NCBI GenBank assembly: GCA_973895155.1
Contig: OZ316891.1
Span: forward strand, 30,883,112 to 30,947,111
Direction of reading: 5' to 3'
Length of the DNA: 64,000 bases
From: Marsupella aquatica
Lineage: Eukaryota; Plantae; Marchantiophyta
Each line of letters starts with the position of its first letter. The stretch's first letter is position 1. The notes under the pieces are model-generated. The model was not told the origin of the DNA, made no database searches, and saw nothing but the letters and a program-made list of their open reading frames with translations. This document shows, one piece after another, positions 25,401 through 38,800 of this stretch. Position numbers and translations under genes: made by a program.

Positions 25401-25849
25401 TTGACAGCGGATACGGCAGAGTCTTTAACTGTCATAGCGCTCTCCGCAGCAACATGCTCAGCAGCAATGGCTTTCTCAGCTGCCCATTGGCCCCATGTCT
25501 TACCATCACCATCTGCGGGATGTGAATCATCGAACCTAGTCTTTGAAGTAAATCCGCCTCCAGTTTGATCAATCTCCCCTTCGCTCATTTTTCCGTCCTC
25601 GTCAGGGCCTGAATAGTGAGGTCGTGAATCGGGTTGCTCTACCCACAAGTCGTCGGGAATTTCTCCTCCGAGAATTTCAATTGCCGTCTTCCCTATTATC
25701 GTTTCTCTTAGCGCATCCGCTCCTTCCCATAACTGGGTTGTGAGCGGGGTTCGAGCTTCCGCCTTTGCCAGGCCCACTTCTGCATCACCTGACTTTGTGC
25801 TCTGACTGGAGGTCAATCCAAAGCGCTTGAAATCGAGATTCGATCTTAC
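22467..25849 (-). CDS. Multi-exon hydrophilic protein: LTI65/RD29/CAP160-like region followed by an Ala/Glu/Lys coiled coil. Exons about 25849-24841, 24468-24167, 23432-23334, 23193-23080 and a last exon ending 22467; first exon(s) further upstream, uncertain
   Basis: Long open exon with AAEKAIAA...DAAASKL (CAP160-like) and LTPGDGDKELAKTIT (PGEED-like); phase-compatible GT-AG junctions into AKAESQRRQEE and VKAEKILAEAKSK exons; ends KKESVVKKVKEKVMSHIRGY*. Confidence 0.72.
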
Positions 25850-27889
25850 CTGAAGTCATGCAATTTACAATCTATGAGACAAAATTAGGCCGTTGGTCCT
25901 TGAATCAACCTTAAGGAGACCTTTTCCCTGCATTGAGAGACCATCAAGCTACACTTATTTCGGACACCTTTCCATTTTTCGAATCCAGTCCTAAATCCAA
26001 ACCGGCCAACCAGGTCAGTTGTGCTTTCATGAGATGCCAATGTCTTATGCAGGTGCGCGCTACGCAACCATTCTTGTCAGACATGGATGCCTTTTTCTTG
26101 AGATTGCCGTAAGATAAATTTCCGCACATACCAATCACTTAAGGTTCTGTCTTAGAGGTAGAAAATATGAAATTCTTAGACAAGAATCCAGAACCAAGTG
26201 AACGTTAGTATGGCTGCACTCACTTTGCCGAGAAGACTTAAATGCTTCGGAATCTGAAGCTCTCTGCTTCCCAAGTCTACTCCGTCTGCTTGTTTGTTGT
26301 CTGCCAACAGATGTCAGACTAATTAGGAATCAACATTTAGAACGTTGCCTCCCACCAGCGGTTTAAGAAACTCGGTTGTTAGACCTCACTTGCCCACCAT
26401 CGGACTGGCCCTTCTATGCTTTAGCTGACACCCTTGCTGTGTTTCTTACGGTCCTAAGCTTGATGCGTTTAGGGTTGAGGGTGCCTGGTGCTAGTGCACC
26501 CTATGTGTGTTTTTTATTGTTTTAAGTACAAATATCTTGCTCAAAATCTTTTGACAACCGTGATGTGTTTGAAGATGGAAGGATACCATACCAGGTGTTA
26601 GATACGGTAACTTGGAACAGGGCGAAATACTCTGCGCCATTTATTTCCACTTTCTTTTCTCTGTCTCCGTCTCTCACTCTCTCTCTCTCTCTCGCTCTGC
26701 AGATTCAAAATTGATATGCCCATGAATTTGGCATTCTTGAATTTCTAATGTCACTACAAAACGATGAGACCGATCTAAATGCACATAAACACTTCTGTAT
26801 TCTTTCCGAATGAGGATTCTGCAACATGGTATGCTCCGAGAACAACCTCTTCCACTGAATGCTGCAACTGTCTATTAGCACAGTAATTGCATTGGACCCA
26901 AATCACTCGAATCTCAGCAGTATGGATCTTTGGGAGGCAAGACAATCAAGAGAAGGGTGCATAAAATTTACGAAACGATCGAGAGAATAAAGAATTGTCG
27001 AAAATACAGCAACTATCCTGGATTACAGGAGCTGTGGACAGTATTTTCATCTCATTTTGATAACACTTCAAAACCGCTGAAACCGGAAGTATGTTACCAG
27101 AAATACGAAATATGAGGAGCAGCTACAGCAGCCATAAGAAAAGCACCTTACAGATTGCGAAAAACTTACAAGTGGCAACACACGTCGTCCCAATTCGTCT
27201 CACAATGCCAACAATGATTCACAATTTCGCGACGCTCCGGCGCTGGATCGGACCATCTTTAATTGGTTGGAAAGGAACTGGAAATCAACGCAGCAACGAC
27301 AGCAACTCACTGTACGATCAAAAATTGTAATTCCGCTGACGAGTTTTCTCTAACAACACTGCATTCCTCGAGATGACGGCCGATGCGGGGCCACAACACG
27401 GAATGAAATCGCAACTAGTATACCGACTATGACGGCGGATGCATTCTTTCTTCTGAAAAGCAGCAGAGCGAGGGCTTCAAGAGCATCGCAACCAATCCGG
27501 GTTTGCTGTGGTGGGCTATCGATCTGTCCATACTGTAACAGACAAAACGAAGCAGGCTTCCAAGAACTCCGAAGCCGAAATGGTCCAAGAGGCAGACGAC
27601 GCGTGTAAGACGAACCTAAAGGTGGCCCCAGGTTCGCGCTCCGGACTCCTCCTCTGGAAATCTGGCGGCGTGGGAGATCTTGACATGCGTCCCTCTGGCG
27701 CGCTTTCGTAGCAAATATCCAGCCTCATGAGGTGTCCTCTTCAAGGCGAGTGTTGCGTCGACACTTGGCGTCTAGGATGGATGATGATGCGGTAGACAGG
27801 ATGTTTCTATTTTCCTTTCTTGGATGCTATCGTGAACTACACTATCCAGTGGGCACGCTTTTCGAAGAGAGGTATAACTATACTTGACT

Positions 27890-28170
27890 ACTGTAGCTCT
27901 ATATGTGTTGTATATAAACGACATTGTTAAAAAACAGACGAGTTGCCTAAGATGTAATTATTTGAGAAGTGTTGTGAAATAAAAAGATGCTGTTAAGAAA
28001 ACAAAAATCATTTCACCAAAGGTATCTGTTATATGAAAAATATGGTCAACTAAAAAAATGTAGTTAACAAAAAAAAAGTGTTTTGCCAAAATGTTATGTG
28101 AAACATATCATCAAGTAAATTGATTTTATCAAGTAAAAAGACCTCATTAAGAAAAACGAAGAACAATGTC
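27890..28170. repeat. Highly decayed copy of the AAAAGATGT(C/T)GT array family (cf. 33396-34400)
   Basis: GTAGCTCTATATGTGTTG head followed by AAAAAGATG/CCAAAATGTT/AAGTAAA motifs. Confidence 0.5.
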
Positions 28171-28898
28171 TCAGATTGGGAAGGGCTACAGTGCAAGAGA
28201 GGGCGGCAGCCTGTCAAAAGGTTTTTTCAGTGTGCCATATAAAGATAAATACACGCACAGTTACGACTCCCAAACTTCTTTTTTTCCAAAAAGTATCAAG
28301 TGAATGTTGCCACATTGCAGCCGTGCATTATATATATTTGATTTCTGACAATACTCAAATTGAGTTTAGGGAAGGGCAGTCAGTGGGAAGGCCAGGCCAG
28401 GCCAGAAGGTATTTAGGGCGCAAGGAAGGTTGTGAAGTCCAAGGATATGGTGAGGAAGCATTCCAGGCTGCCTTAGGCTATCTTGATCTGCGTTTGGATG
28501 ATCCTCAGAGTGTTGCACACCTTATTTCATGTGATCTTGGATTTGGTTGAGCATGCTGAAGGCTACCTGCACCACTGCCTGCAGTCATTCATATCAGCTG
28601 GCCAGGGAATTTACATCCATGAACCAAGTGCTCCCGAAATCCCGACACTCACATTGGGTGAGCAGTCACAATTTCCATCATACACATTGGGGGAGCAGAC
28701 AATTACACGGAAACTTGCAGCACAACCAAGGTAGAGTTCACAACGGCTGAAGCAGGGACAACCTCATATCTCCAAGGCTCAGGCCTAGACTCTGGATTTA
28801 GGCTACCAGAAGAAATTGGCAGAGAGAGTCCAGGTCTTAGGCTAGCAGAACAAACTTGCAAAGGGGATGTAGAAGTCCACAACGTAGACAGCCCGCCC

Positions 28899-29117
28899 TT
28901 GGCATGGATACTGGGCCTGAAGAAGAAATTCTATGCGATCCTTCATGGTTTCCAGCCAGGCATTTATAACACATTGGATGAATGTGAGAAACAAGTGTGG
29001 GGATATAGTAATTGCAAGTTTAATTTAATTCCTTCAAGACAGAGGCCAAAGGCAATACATTATATGGACAAGGGGAACACAAAAAGGGCTGCTTGGGGAA
29101 ATCTGCAGAACATGTAG
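28899..29117 (+). pseudogene. Fragment with an RNase H1 N-terminal (hybrid-binding / caulimovirus viroplasmin, Cauli_VI) domain
   Basis: KKKFYAILHGFQPGIYNTLDECEKQVWGYSNCKF fits the consensus KFYAV..G..PGIY.TW.EC..QV.G...A.Y. Confidence 0.75.
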
Positions 29118-32100
29118 ACTAGTATCTAAAATCTACATACTATGTCTATGATGGTCTGATGTATATTTTGTGGCTCAATAAAAAAATTCATGTTTCAGAT
29201 GAATTGTGTTTGCAGTGTGAATTATTGCACCCTAAATCACTTTATAACAAGATTGAATTCCATTGCAAAAAGATAAGCATAGTAAGCTCTTATTTCATTT
29301 CTCAAAATTGTTACAAATTGTCTATCTACCTACCTTGTACAAGTTATCACATGGAACTTCACAGATTTGTAGCCTGAGATTCTAAAGTGGACAACAATTG
29401 AGAGAAGGTCCCTATTTTGTAGCTTTCTTCAGTTCCCCAAACAAGTATAGTGCGCGTGTTGCCTTCATCGTTGGCATACTCAGCAAATGTATAGTTATCA
29501 CTTTTAGCAACATCACTTGCAGACACATTCTGCTGCTCGGACAGCTGCCCTCTCTGCCCACTGCCCAGACCGCTGCCCTCTGGCACTGTTGCCCTTCCTG
29601 TCTCGACCGCCACGAACAGTCCTGCACTCCTCCCTTCAACGTTCAAATGTGTGCCCAGGTGTGGATGTGTAAACATTCACGCATTGTTTTTAGGGAAAAA
29701 CAACAAACAGGCATGGGGTCAGGGCGGGCCTTGCAAATTGGGGATGCAAAGTGGTTGTTGGGCGAGAGGGGATCGTGGGGGCTGCTTCACAAAGTGGACC
29801 CCGGGCCCAATATGATAGTCGGGCCCCAACGGAGCAGGCGTAGAGGCACTGTCGGGAGGGTCGGGCCTTGCTCCTAAATCCTTTTTGGGCCTCGAAGGAG
29901 TGTCGGGCCTGGGAGGCAAAACCCATGTACATTTTGGGACAGGTTAAGGCAAATCCAATCGCGCATGATACAAATATTGGGAGAATAGTTTTTGATGTGA
30001 TTAATATATATAGTCCTCTATTGACTTAAGTAGTATAGCTTTAAGTACATTGCCACTAAAGATATTTGAATTTACAATACTGATATTATTTTGTTTGTAT
30101 TTACAAAAATGTTACTGTTTTCCAAGTTCCCCTAGTTACCTTGGTAAACTTATTATCCATATAAAAAATAGTGACATTCTTATAAATACAGAAAAAACAA
30201 TGACAATATTGTAACTTAAGTGACAAAGTATTCAAAAATTATAAAATAGTATCTCCTGTTTAACGTCTACAATTTACACTGACCTATCACATAACACACT
30301 ATTGAATATATATCTTGCATGGATCATGGAGTGAGGATCCTTCTTGATCCTTGTGCATTGTGTTACTTTAATCATTTTTCTTTTTTCTATTCCATTTTAT
30401 TCATTCTTGCTTGGTTGTGTCACTCTTTTTCATTCACAGTGAACTAAAGTCAATTTTGGCTTTATTCCTCTTCTCTATCAGATTTCTAATTTGTTGTACC
30501 CTGCAAATTTAAATGAATTGCACTGTAAAAATTGGTGCAACATGTTATTATATTTTTTTATTGGACCCCCAACATGAGAAATTTTGGACCCACAAAATGA
30601 AAATTGTTTATTGATGGGACCCATTAGTACTCGAGACCCTTAATAGACCCTAAATCAAAGTGCCCAAAATCTCATGTGGCTGGTTGGGGGTTGGGTTGGG
30701 GGTCTGTCAAAAATATAACTCCTTTAGAAAAGTTTGCAAGTGTATGCAGCGTCCCTTTTCTTTGATGAAATGAATCTCCATTGATGATTCAAACTGTTCA
30801 CTAGGACAATTTTCTGCTATCATGGCAGTCTCAATCAGACAGAAGATTATTGCGCCTCCAAAGCTCACATGTGTGATAATTCTCTGCCCGATTTGGCCCC
30901 CTATTTTCATCATTCTGAATTGCACTGTCCTGACATCAAGTTTCCTTGGAGGTGTAATGATGGATATGGACAGTGGAGTAATGTCCAGGTCAGTGCCCTT
31001 GATGGGCTCTCGCCAGGCCATCTATTTTGTACGTTTTCAGCCAAGAAGGTGACAAACACATGTGTTGCTTTCTCTCTAGGGATGTTAGTGGCACTATTTT
31101 GGTTTTCCTGTCTTGATCAGGCCTGGAGGAATAGGGGGTCTCACATATAGATCAATTTGGCTCTTTCTTGGGATAATGCCTGTAATGTGTCCCACAGGTG
31201 GTTTGACCAGTGCAAAGATTTTGTTATTCATTTTTTGGGCCCTGTAATAACCAGGCCATGGTGGGGAACTGGCCAGCAAGTAACGGAAAACCCTGTGACA
31301 CAAGTGTGCATGCTAAGCTCAAGGGCCACATTAATGACGTGTCCGCAAGGACAATCATGGAACGCAATGACATTGGGCTAGTTATCTAGAATAATTGTTG
31401 TTGTGCACAAATGAGGTGGCCAACCAGCAGCGAGTCAACTTGACAACTGGGTTTCAAGGAGAGTGTTCTGGTTGGGCGCAATATAGGTGCACAATGGGAT
31501 CTTTAGGCCCGGCCATCTCATGAATGTCACCATAATCAAAATGCTAGGGAGGCTTCCCATCATAATGACATTTTGTAAACAAGTCGTGGGAAAGAAACTT
31601 GGTTTGCATATTATAGTGCATGTTTAGATAACAATAGGTGTTTAGAGCACTAGATAGTGCTCTTTTGTTCATTAGTTTTTAAAGGCATCTGACTAAATTC
31701 CTCTTCATGACTCTCCTATGCATTTTTGGAGTTTAACTAGGCTTTTTCATTTGCTACTCAGTAGGGCTTTAGTTATTTTGCCATTGTAGGGGACTCTTGA
31801 GCTTGTTGACTGTTTGGATTTCCTTGGAATTTCCCCTTGTTTTCCTCCCTTATATTGGTTCTCCTCCCTTTAGAATCCTGTCTCCTGAATTGGCGTCTTG
31901 TGTTCTTTGGCAACATCATATATGTTTATTCTTTTTGGAATTTGAATCAGAATGTTTGGTTTATGAGATTCCCATGGACCACAGTTCTTGAAACTTCAAT
32001 GAGTTATTGTTGAGAGATTAGCTTACCCAAAATAACCCTTGTGGTCTGAAAAGTCTCCAAGGAACATTGTCTAAAGTAAGCGATTCAATCAAGAAGCTAG

Positions 32101-33395
32101 GAGACAGAAAGTAGTTGGAGATCAAAAATGCTTTCAATTGTTACCAATAGACGCTCTAAACCACAATTTAGAAAGGAGACAGAAAAGTTATACTGTCTTA
32201 TTAATAAAGTTCAACAATTCTACATGTTCATTGTAGAATGAGTTTGGCCTGTCAAACCTTGAACAATGTTTTATATTCAAAGTCCACACCATCTGCCACG
32301 ATTGTATAAGTGGAGTGGTTTTAGTTTCAAGTTTCTGGCCAGTGTTTTCAGAAAAGCAATTTTCTGAGGGTACTCATTCCATGTGGTCTAATAGGGATGG
32401 AAAGGTGGTAGTGAAAGTGTCAACAAACTCACCACTTGATCAAACAAACAAACCTGCCAAGTGATCACTTATGCTACTACAAGGATGGCAGGCAAGATTG
32501 ACACAAAACGTTTTTTTAGAGTTGCTTCGGAATGTTAAAATTGACCTAAACTGGCTGACATGCATTGTGAGCACTGAACCAGGAGAGAAGGAATAGGTAT
32601 GGCCCTTGTATGTACTTTGCATACAACTTTATACAATGTAGAATGTTTTTGAGGATATGCAAGAGGACTATCAAAGAACCTTTACTAGAATGTGGGCCAT
32701 AGGAGTCTCATGGACTAAATAATTTGGATCATCAGCAATTCCCTTCAAGGAGTATTCCTTATTAGCCAATACAAATTCAGAGGAAGCAGGAACAAGTAGA
32801 TTTCATGTCTTGAATTTATTCGTATTCTTTCATGGCATCTATTATCAACTAGGGTAGTATGTGGGTCTAGTTATGTAGTAAAACATTTGGGTATAAAAAA
32901 TGAAGGGATGGTTTTGTGGGCACTGATAGTCACTAGCCTGAATGCCTGAGGTTGCTCATAAATAGATGGTGAGTACCATTGTGCCTATTTCCAGATCCAC
33001 CCCCAACCGTTGTTGTGCCCTCATCCTGACTTTCAATTGCAGTTTATTAGATAGTTATAAAAGTTTAGCACACCAAGGTTTTCTGTCACTCCTTAATAAG
33101 TCCATCTTAACTCATGGTATTATGCGCCTGAAATGAAGCATTACACTTTGCTGCAAAGTGGAACTTGAAGCCACATAGACTTGTTGACATAAGAGGCCAT
33201 TAATCAGGTCCAACACTCCACTTTTGGGGATGTTTAGGTTGAAGTCACTAGGGTGGGGATGCATATAACATGCCACTCCAAGTAAAGCTGCTTAATTTAA
33301 GAAATTAACATGAATGGTAGTGAAGAAACAAACAGACAACCACTCCAACAATGATATATCAATGCATGTTAAATCACCATGCTGTTATATCATCA

Positions 33396-34400
33396 CTAGC
33401 TCAATACCCGTGTGTTGCACAAAAGATGTCGTGTCGGCCAAGATTTGGTTGAGAAAAAAGATGTTGTGTCGGCCAAGAGGTCGTTGAAAAAAAAGATGTT
33501 GTGTCGGCCAAGAGGTCATTGAGAAAAAATATGTTGTGTCGGCCAAGATGCTGCTGAGAAAAAAGATGTCGTGTCTGCCAGGAAGTTGTTGAGAAAAGGA
33601 TGTCGTGTCGGCCAAGATGTCCTTGAGGAAAAAGATATTGTGTCGGCCAATATGTCGTTGAAAAAAAGATATCGTGTTGCCCAAGACATCATTGAGAAAA
33701 AAAATATTGTGTCGCCCAAGGTGTTCTTAAGAAAAAATGTCGTGTTGCCCAAGATGTTGTGAAGAAAACCCGTGTGTCGCACAAAAGATGTCATTAAAAA
33801 AAAATGAGTTGCCAAAGATGTCGTGAAGTAAAAAGATTTTGTGTCGCCAAAGATGACACAAAGTAAAAATATGACGTTAAAAAAAACCCATGGAATAAAA
33901 AGATGTTGTTCAGAAAAAAAGGAGTCGTGTCTCCAAAGATGTCATGGAGTAAAAACATATTGTCAAGTAAAAAGATGTCATTATGTGAAAGATATTATTG
34001 CCAAGTAAAAAGATGTCGGGAGCCAAAGATGTTGTTATGTCAAAGATATCATCAAGTAAAAACAAATCATGTTGCCAAAGTTGTTGTGAAGTAAAACATA
34101 TGTCATTAAGTAAAAGATGTAGTCAAGTAAAAAAATGTTGTGACTCCAAAGTTGTCGGCAAGTAAAAAAATATCATCAGTCATAGATGTTGTGAAGTAAA
34201 ACATGTCATTGCATGACATATTGTTAAGGAAAAGATGTGCAAAAAATGCCAATAAATTTCTTGCTCAAAAGATGTCATTAAGTAAAAAATATCATTGCCC
34301 AAAATATGTCTAAGTAATAAAAGATATAATTACCCAAAAATTGTTATCTAGTAAAAGATGTCATGGGGTAAAAAATGAGTGACAACAACCACAAAGTATT
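33396..34400 (-). mobile_element. Probable Helitron 3' end with subterminal ~30-bp AT-rich tandem array
   Basis: A|CTAG-CTCAATA-CCCGTGTGTTGCAC (minus strand ...CTAG|T with decayed CCCGTG-CACGGG hairpin) followed by many AAAAGATGTCGTGTCGGCCAAGA units that decay inward. Confidence 0.6.
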
Positions 34401-34646
34401 ATCAGCTAAAAATTATTTTTGTTTTTGTATTTTTCAAACAAAAAAAATTCGCACGCCACCCCACCCCCATCTTTTACCGCTTTTGTACTATTTTTTGGTT
34501 TTGATATTTTTTATTACAGTATGTAATATTTGTAATCAATCTTATGACATAGATTATCATGGGGTATAGAACTACACTTAAATGGTAAATAAAGTACTAT
34601 ACATAGATGGTCCATAAAGAACTCATTATTGTGCATTGTCATTCCT

Positions 34647-35843
34647 ACACAGGGTTAAATCAACACCGCATTAAGGCTCCCCAGCCTTCTTGGGGCCCTG
34701 TACCCTGCCCGTCACTAATCCCAATGCTGCTGCCCGCAAGCCCGCGCGTCTGTCAATCACCGTTCTGGCGCACTTGAAACGTATTAGCCCCGATCGGCGA
34801 CGGACAGAAAATTTCCGTCCATTTCAAATTTCACGGCCTTTAGGGCGCGGGACACGCTTACCCGGCCTCCAGTCCCCCTCTGTTTTTGTCACATGTTATC
34901 ATTCTCAGTTGTTATCATTGTGGTCCCGCTACTGGAAATACTCGATGTGCAGCGTTGTGCGTTCTGTCGTCATATCATTTTCTAGCGCGCGCGAGCGTTC
35001 TGCCCGAAGTTTGCAGAGTCTTGAGCTCTTGTTTCTTGTCTCCCATGCGCATTATCAAATGCGATTCGGCCTTTTCAGTTAAGATTGTCAGTGTTTTTCC
35101 ATTGTGCATATATGTTTTTACTTTTTCTTCACCACGGATTATGTTAACAATGTCTTTCGTGTTAGGTTCTAATTTGTTTCACTAAGCACCTCAGTAATGT
35201 TCAGCGTTCTGTACTTGGCGCCTCTACCCCAAGCAAGAGAAGATCAAGATCAGGTTAGTGGCAACGTGTTGTAGTGCACTTTTTGCATGTGTGGACCCTA
35301 CCACTATTGAGGAGCATTGATCGTGGGACAGATTGCCTCCGTCATCTCTTTCCATGTAAAACATGTTAGAACCTCGAGGGGTTAACTAAGTGTATATTTT
35401 GGGGTACCACGTGTGATCCTAGCCTAATATAAATAGACCTATTTTATAAAGAAAATATTCCAAGAATATTCTCTATTTTTAATATTAATAACTTATTTTA
35501 CTTTATAAAAGGTATATATTAGAGAATATTCTATAAACATGAGTTTATAATACCTTCTTTTGCCTCCTACGCATTTTTAAAATTTAGTTAAGTTCTATCC
35601 AAAATATCTATTTTGAATCGCACGTGGTTCCTAAGATTTTTTATAGTCAACCCCCCGAGGTTAGAACAATGGTGTTTGTGTAGTCGTTCTACCAGTCCCA
35701 CACAGTTATTGGATGTGACGTACCCTAGTTGTAATGGACATGACAGGGGGTGTGATTCAGGACCCACCTCCTGGGAAGTTCTCCGCATTGTCACTTGTTT
35801 GGACTCTTAATCAAGCTATCATTCCTTGGGAACGCCTGACAGA
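34647..35843 (+). repeat. Left TIR of the MULE (interrupted by a MITE)
   Basis: Reverse complement of 43577-44472 once 35373-35667 is removed. Confidence 0.93.
35373..35659. mobile_element. 287-bp MITE inserted in the left MULE TIR
   Basis: 16-bp TIRs CTCGAGGGGTTAACTA / TAGTCAACCCCCCGAG; flanked by GTTAGAAC (35365-35372, 35660-35667); absent from the right TIR, which has one GTTAGAAC. Confidence 0.92.
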
Positions 35844-38800
35844 CTTTAGGGATGGGGAGGGCAGAAGAGATCCTAAATTTGAGACATCTTTTTACATTAG
35901 GACTTCAAAGAAATCAGATTCTGAGAACACAGATTGGGTAGAGCATAAGATATTCTGGTGTTCTTATGGCCCGCAAGAACACAATGTCAATCTATGTGTT
36001 CCTCCTCTCCAAGGAACACATCCAAAGTCAGGAATTGGGAGCAGGCCACGTCTATGCAAAAAGAACTTCAACAATCACGCAAAAAGGAATTGTCAATGCC
36101 ACTTCATTGCAAAGAGATTCAAGATGATCCCTGACGCTGTTCAAATCACCTATAGCAATAGGTACAAACTACCTTCTGACTCAAAATGAACTTCTATGAC
36201 TCTGTTCTTGCGTTCCAGTTTGAGTTTTCCTTATTGTTCTGCCACCATGTACTCTTCACGTCATAGTAAGTTATTTGCAATATAGTGTGTGTTCTGGCAT
36301 CAAACTTCACTGAAACTATGTGATGTTGTTATTGTTCTGTCACCAAACATCACTGAAATTGTGTGTGGTTATTACTGTTCTGGTTGCAAAATCCATTGCA
36401 ACCTCAGAGGCGACATAGTGCATGGTTCTTGGGAGCATGAAATGGGGCCGCCAACATGGGGGCCAAAGTGTAGTGTTGCTCCATGGCTGACCAATGAGTT
36501 GCAAAAACACCTAGAAGACTTGTTGAGGGCAAAGTGGTCTGTCCTTGACATATATGACCTACACTGCCAGTCACAATTTGAGAGGGATGGTGATGATCGT
36601 GGCCATAATGTCACTGACATGGAAGTCACACTAAGCTTTGATGGTAGAGACGACCTTTTGTCAAAACAGGACCTGCGAAACCTGAAGAGGAAAATTGACA
36701 AAGAGTTGTGGTTATGGGATGACAATGACCAAGCCTCAATGCGGAAATGGAAATGCCTTTACCCCGAAAGAGTTTTTCTTTCCCATGAGTACTTGGAGGG
36801 ACCTCCAGAGCAGGAGTTCATGCTTGGACTCCAATCACCTTGGCAGCTTGCTCAAATGACAAAGTTGTCTCATGGGTAGGTCTTGGCCCTGGACTCCACA
36901 TTTGCAATTAACAAATATGGGGTCAGTTCTCTTGGTCCCTTTTCCACATTATCTTTTATTCATTTTTGTGATGTTATCGTGTGTTTGAATTACCGTTCTG
37001 GTTGATTTCTATGTTGAATGACATTATTGTTTTGGTTTATTTTTGTATTGACTGACATTACTATTCTGGCATGTAACCTTAATTACATTTGTTATGATGA
37101 CAGTTTCCTTTCTTTACTCTTGTTGCATTTGATGAACACCAAATGGGACTACCCATAGCGTGGTGTATACAACAGTCAAAGTCAGCAGAACATATTGGGT
37201 CGTTTTTACAAGCTGTGAACGACAGAGCCTTGTTGACCAAACCGGATTGGAGTCCAAGTTGTTTCATCATCGACTCCGCTCAGGCTGAAGTTAGTGCCTT
37301 ACAAGCAGTGTTTCCTAACATCCCAATATACTTATGTAGTTGGCATGTCAGAAGGTATGTTTGAAACCATATACCACGGACCATTCTCATGTTTAGTTAT
37401 CATCATCACTTATAGAGTCTTTCTGTTACTGTTCTACCCATTTCACTCACAGGTACTTCCATATAGGGCTTGGAAGGAGAATCTGATCAAGAAGGTTCCC
37501 AACAGAGCCAAGCTCCTAAACATGAATGATGATCTTGGAGATTTAATGTATGTTGAGACTGAGGAAGACATGCAAGCCTTGTGGCATGCCTTCAAAATTA
37601 AATACAACTCCGAAAAGCTATTTCTGAAGTATTTTGAGGACACTTGGATGTACAGAACAGGTATGTGGTTTGCTATTTGGGGTATGCCTGGCCATTTTAG
37701 TAAATTCTTTGTTGTCAACATGTCCATTTGGTTTAAGGTTTTTGTATTGTATTTATATCTTGCCATGTATTTTATTTTTGCAATGTTTTTGTAGCTGTTC
37801 TGTACTGCACAAGTTTGTGTGCCTTTGTAGCTGTTCTGTATTGCATAATATCTTGTGTCTTTGTAGTTGTGGAATACTTCAGAACTCCGCCTGGATCTCT
37901 GGTACTTAATGTTGTGGCATGTCTTATATTCCAGCAAAGTGGATGAGGGGTGTTCGATCAATGCCCCGTGCCAACCAGAATACAAATGGTGCAATTGAAG
38001 CTTGGAATTGCACTTTGAAAAAGATGATAAGGAGAGTAATAGGGGCCATTGGAGCACGTCGCCTTGATTGGATTGTGAATGCACTTTTTCAAGTGATGCT
38101 TCCATTCTTTTGGTACCAAATTCAATGCAAAGTAAGGGGAAGAGTCATCAACTACAAGAAAGAGGAAATAGTCTTGAATAGTCTCCACAAGGCAGAGCAT
38201 CGAATGAAAGACCAATAGGTCTGTTTTCCTGATCCAACATTGCCCAATCAGGCAATTGTGAAAAGTTTAAAACCTCATGGGAGAGAGTATATTGTGTGCA
38301 ATATATATTCAAACTTTCCTTCATGCTGTTGTAAGTGGGCTGATGAAGGGAACACGTGCAAGCACCAATTGAAGGCATTGCTAGTGAGAGGTTGTCAAGG
38401 TGCTGTCTTGGTTCAACAACTAGGTACCAGGTTTGGTAGCCTCATGGGTGGCATCTCACATTTGAATGCGGATGAGAACATCCTGACACCACCTGAACAT
38501 GTAGAAGTAGAAGGCCAAGTCGAGCCTCATGCGGTTTGTGAAACAATGAAATCTAGCCTTCATGTTTCTGTTCTGCCTAAAGAGAACCAGAGCGGTCCCT
38601 CAGACAATCTGTGCAACAGATGTTTGATGAGATTTTGCTCATTGTGGAAGGGGATGCCCGTCTATCAGAGCAAGTATTCCTGGCAACACAACTTACTTTG
38701 AACAAAGTGAAGAGCCAAGAACAAACTAAACACCTCTCAATGAAAGACAATATAGGTCCTGTGGATGCTTTTGTCAGGCCTATGGGTCTTAAATCCAAGC

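Noticed and set aside
25885-27728. Specific upstream exons for the LTI65-like gene
   Set aside because: Candidate exons exist (e.g. MSRSPTPPDFQRR..., 26223-26285), but I could not build a stop-free, phase-consistent chain
33385-34094. ORFs in the AT-rich array
   Set aside because: Repeat-derived low-complexity translations
34690-35185. ORFs mirrored at 43978-44346
   Set aside because: Explained by the MULE TIRs; the frames are not preserved between the two copies
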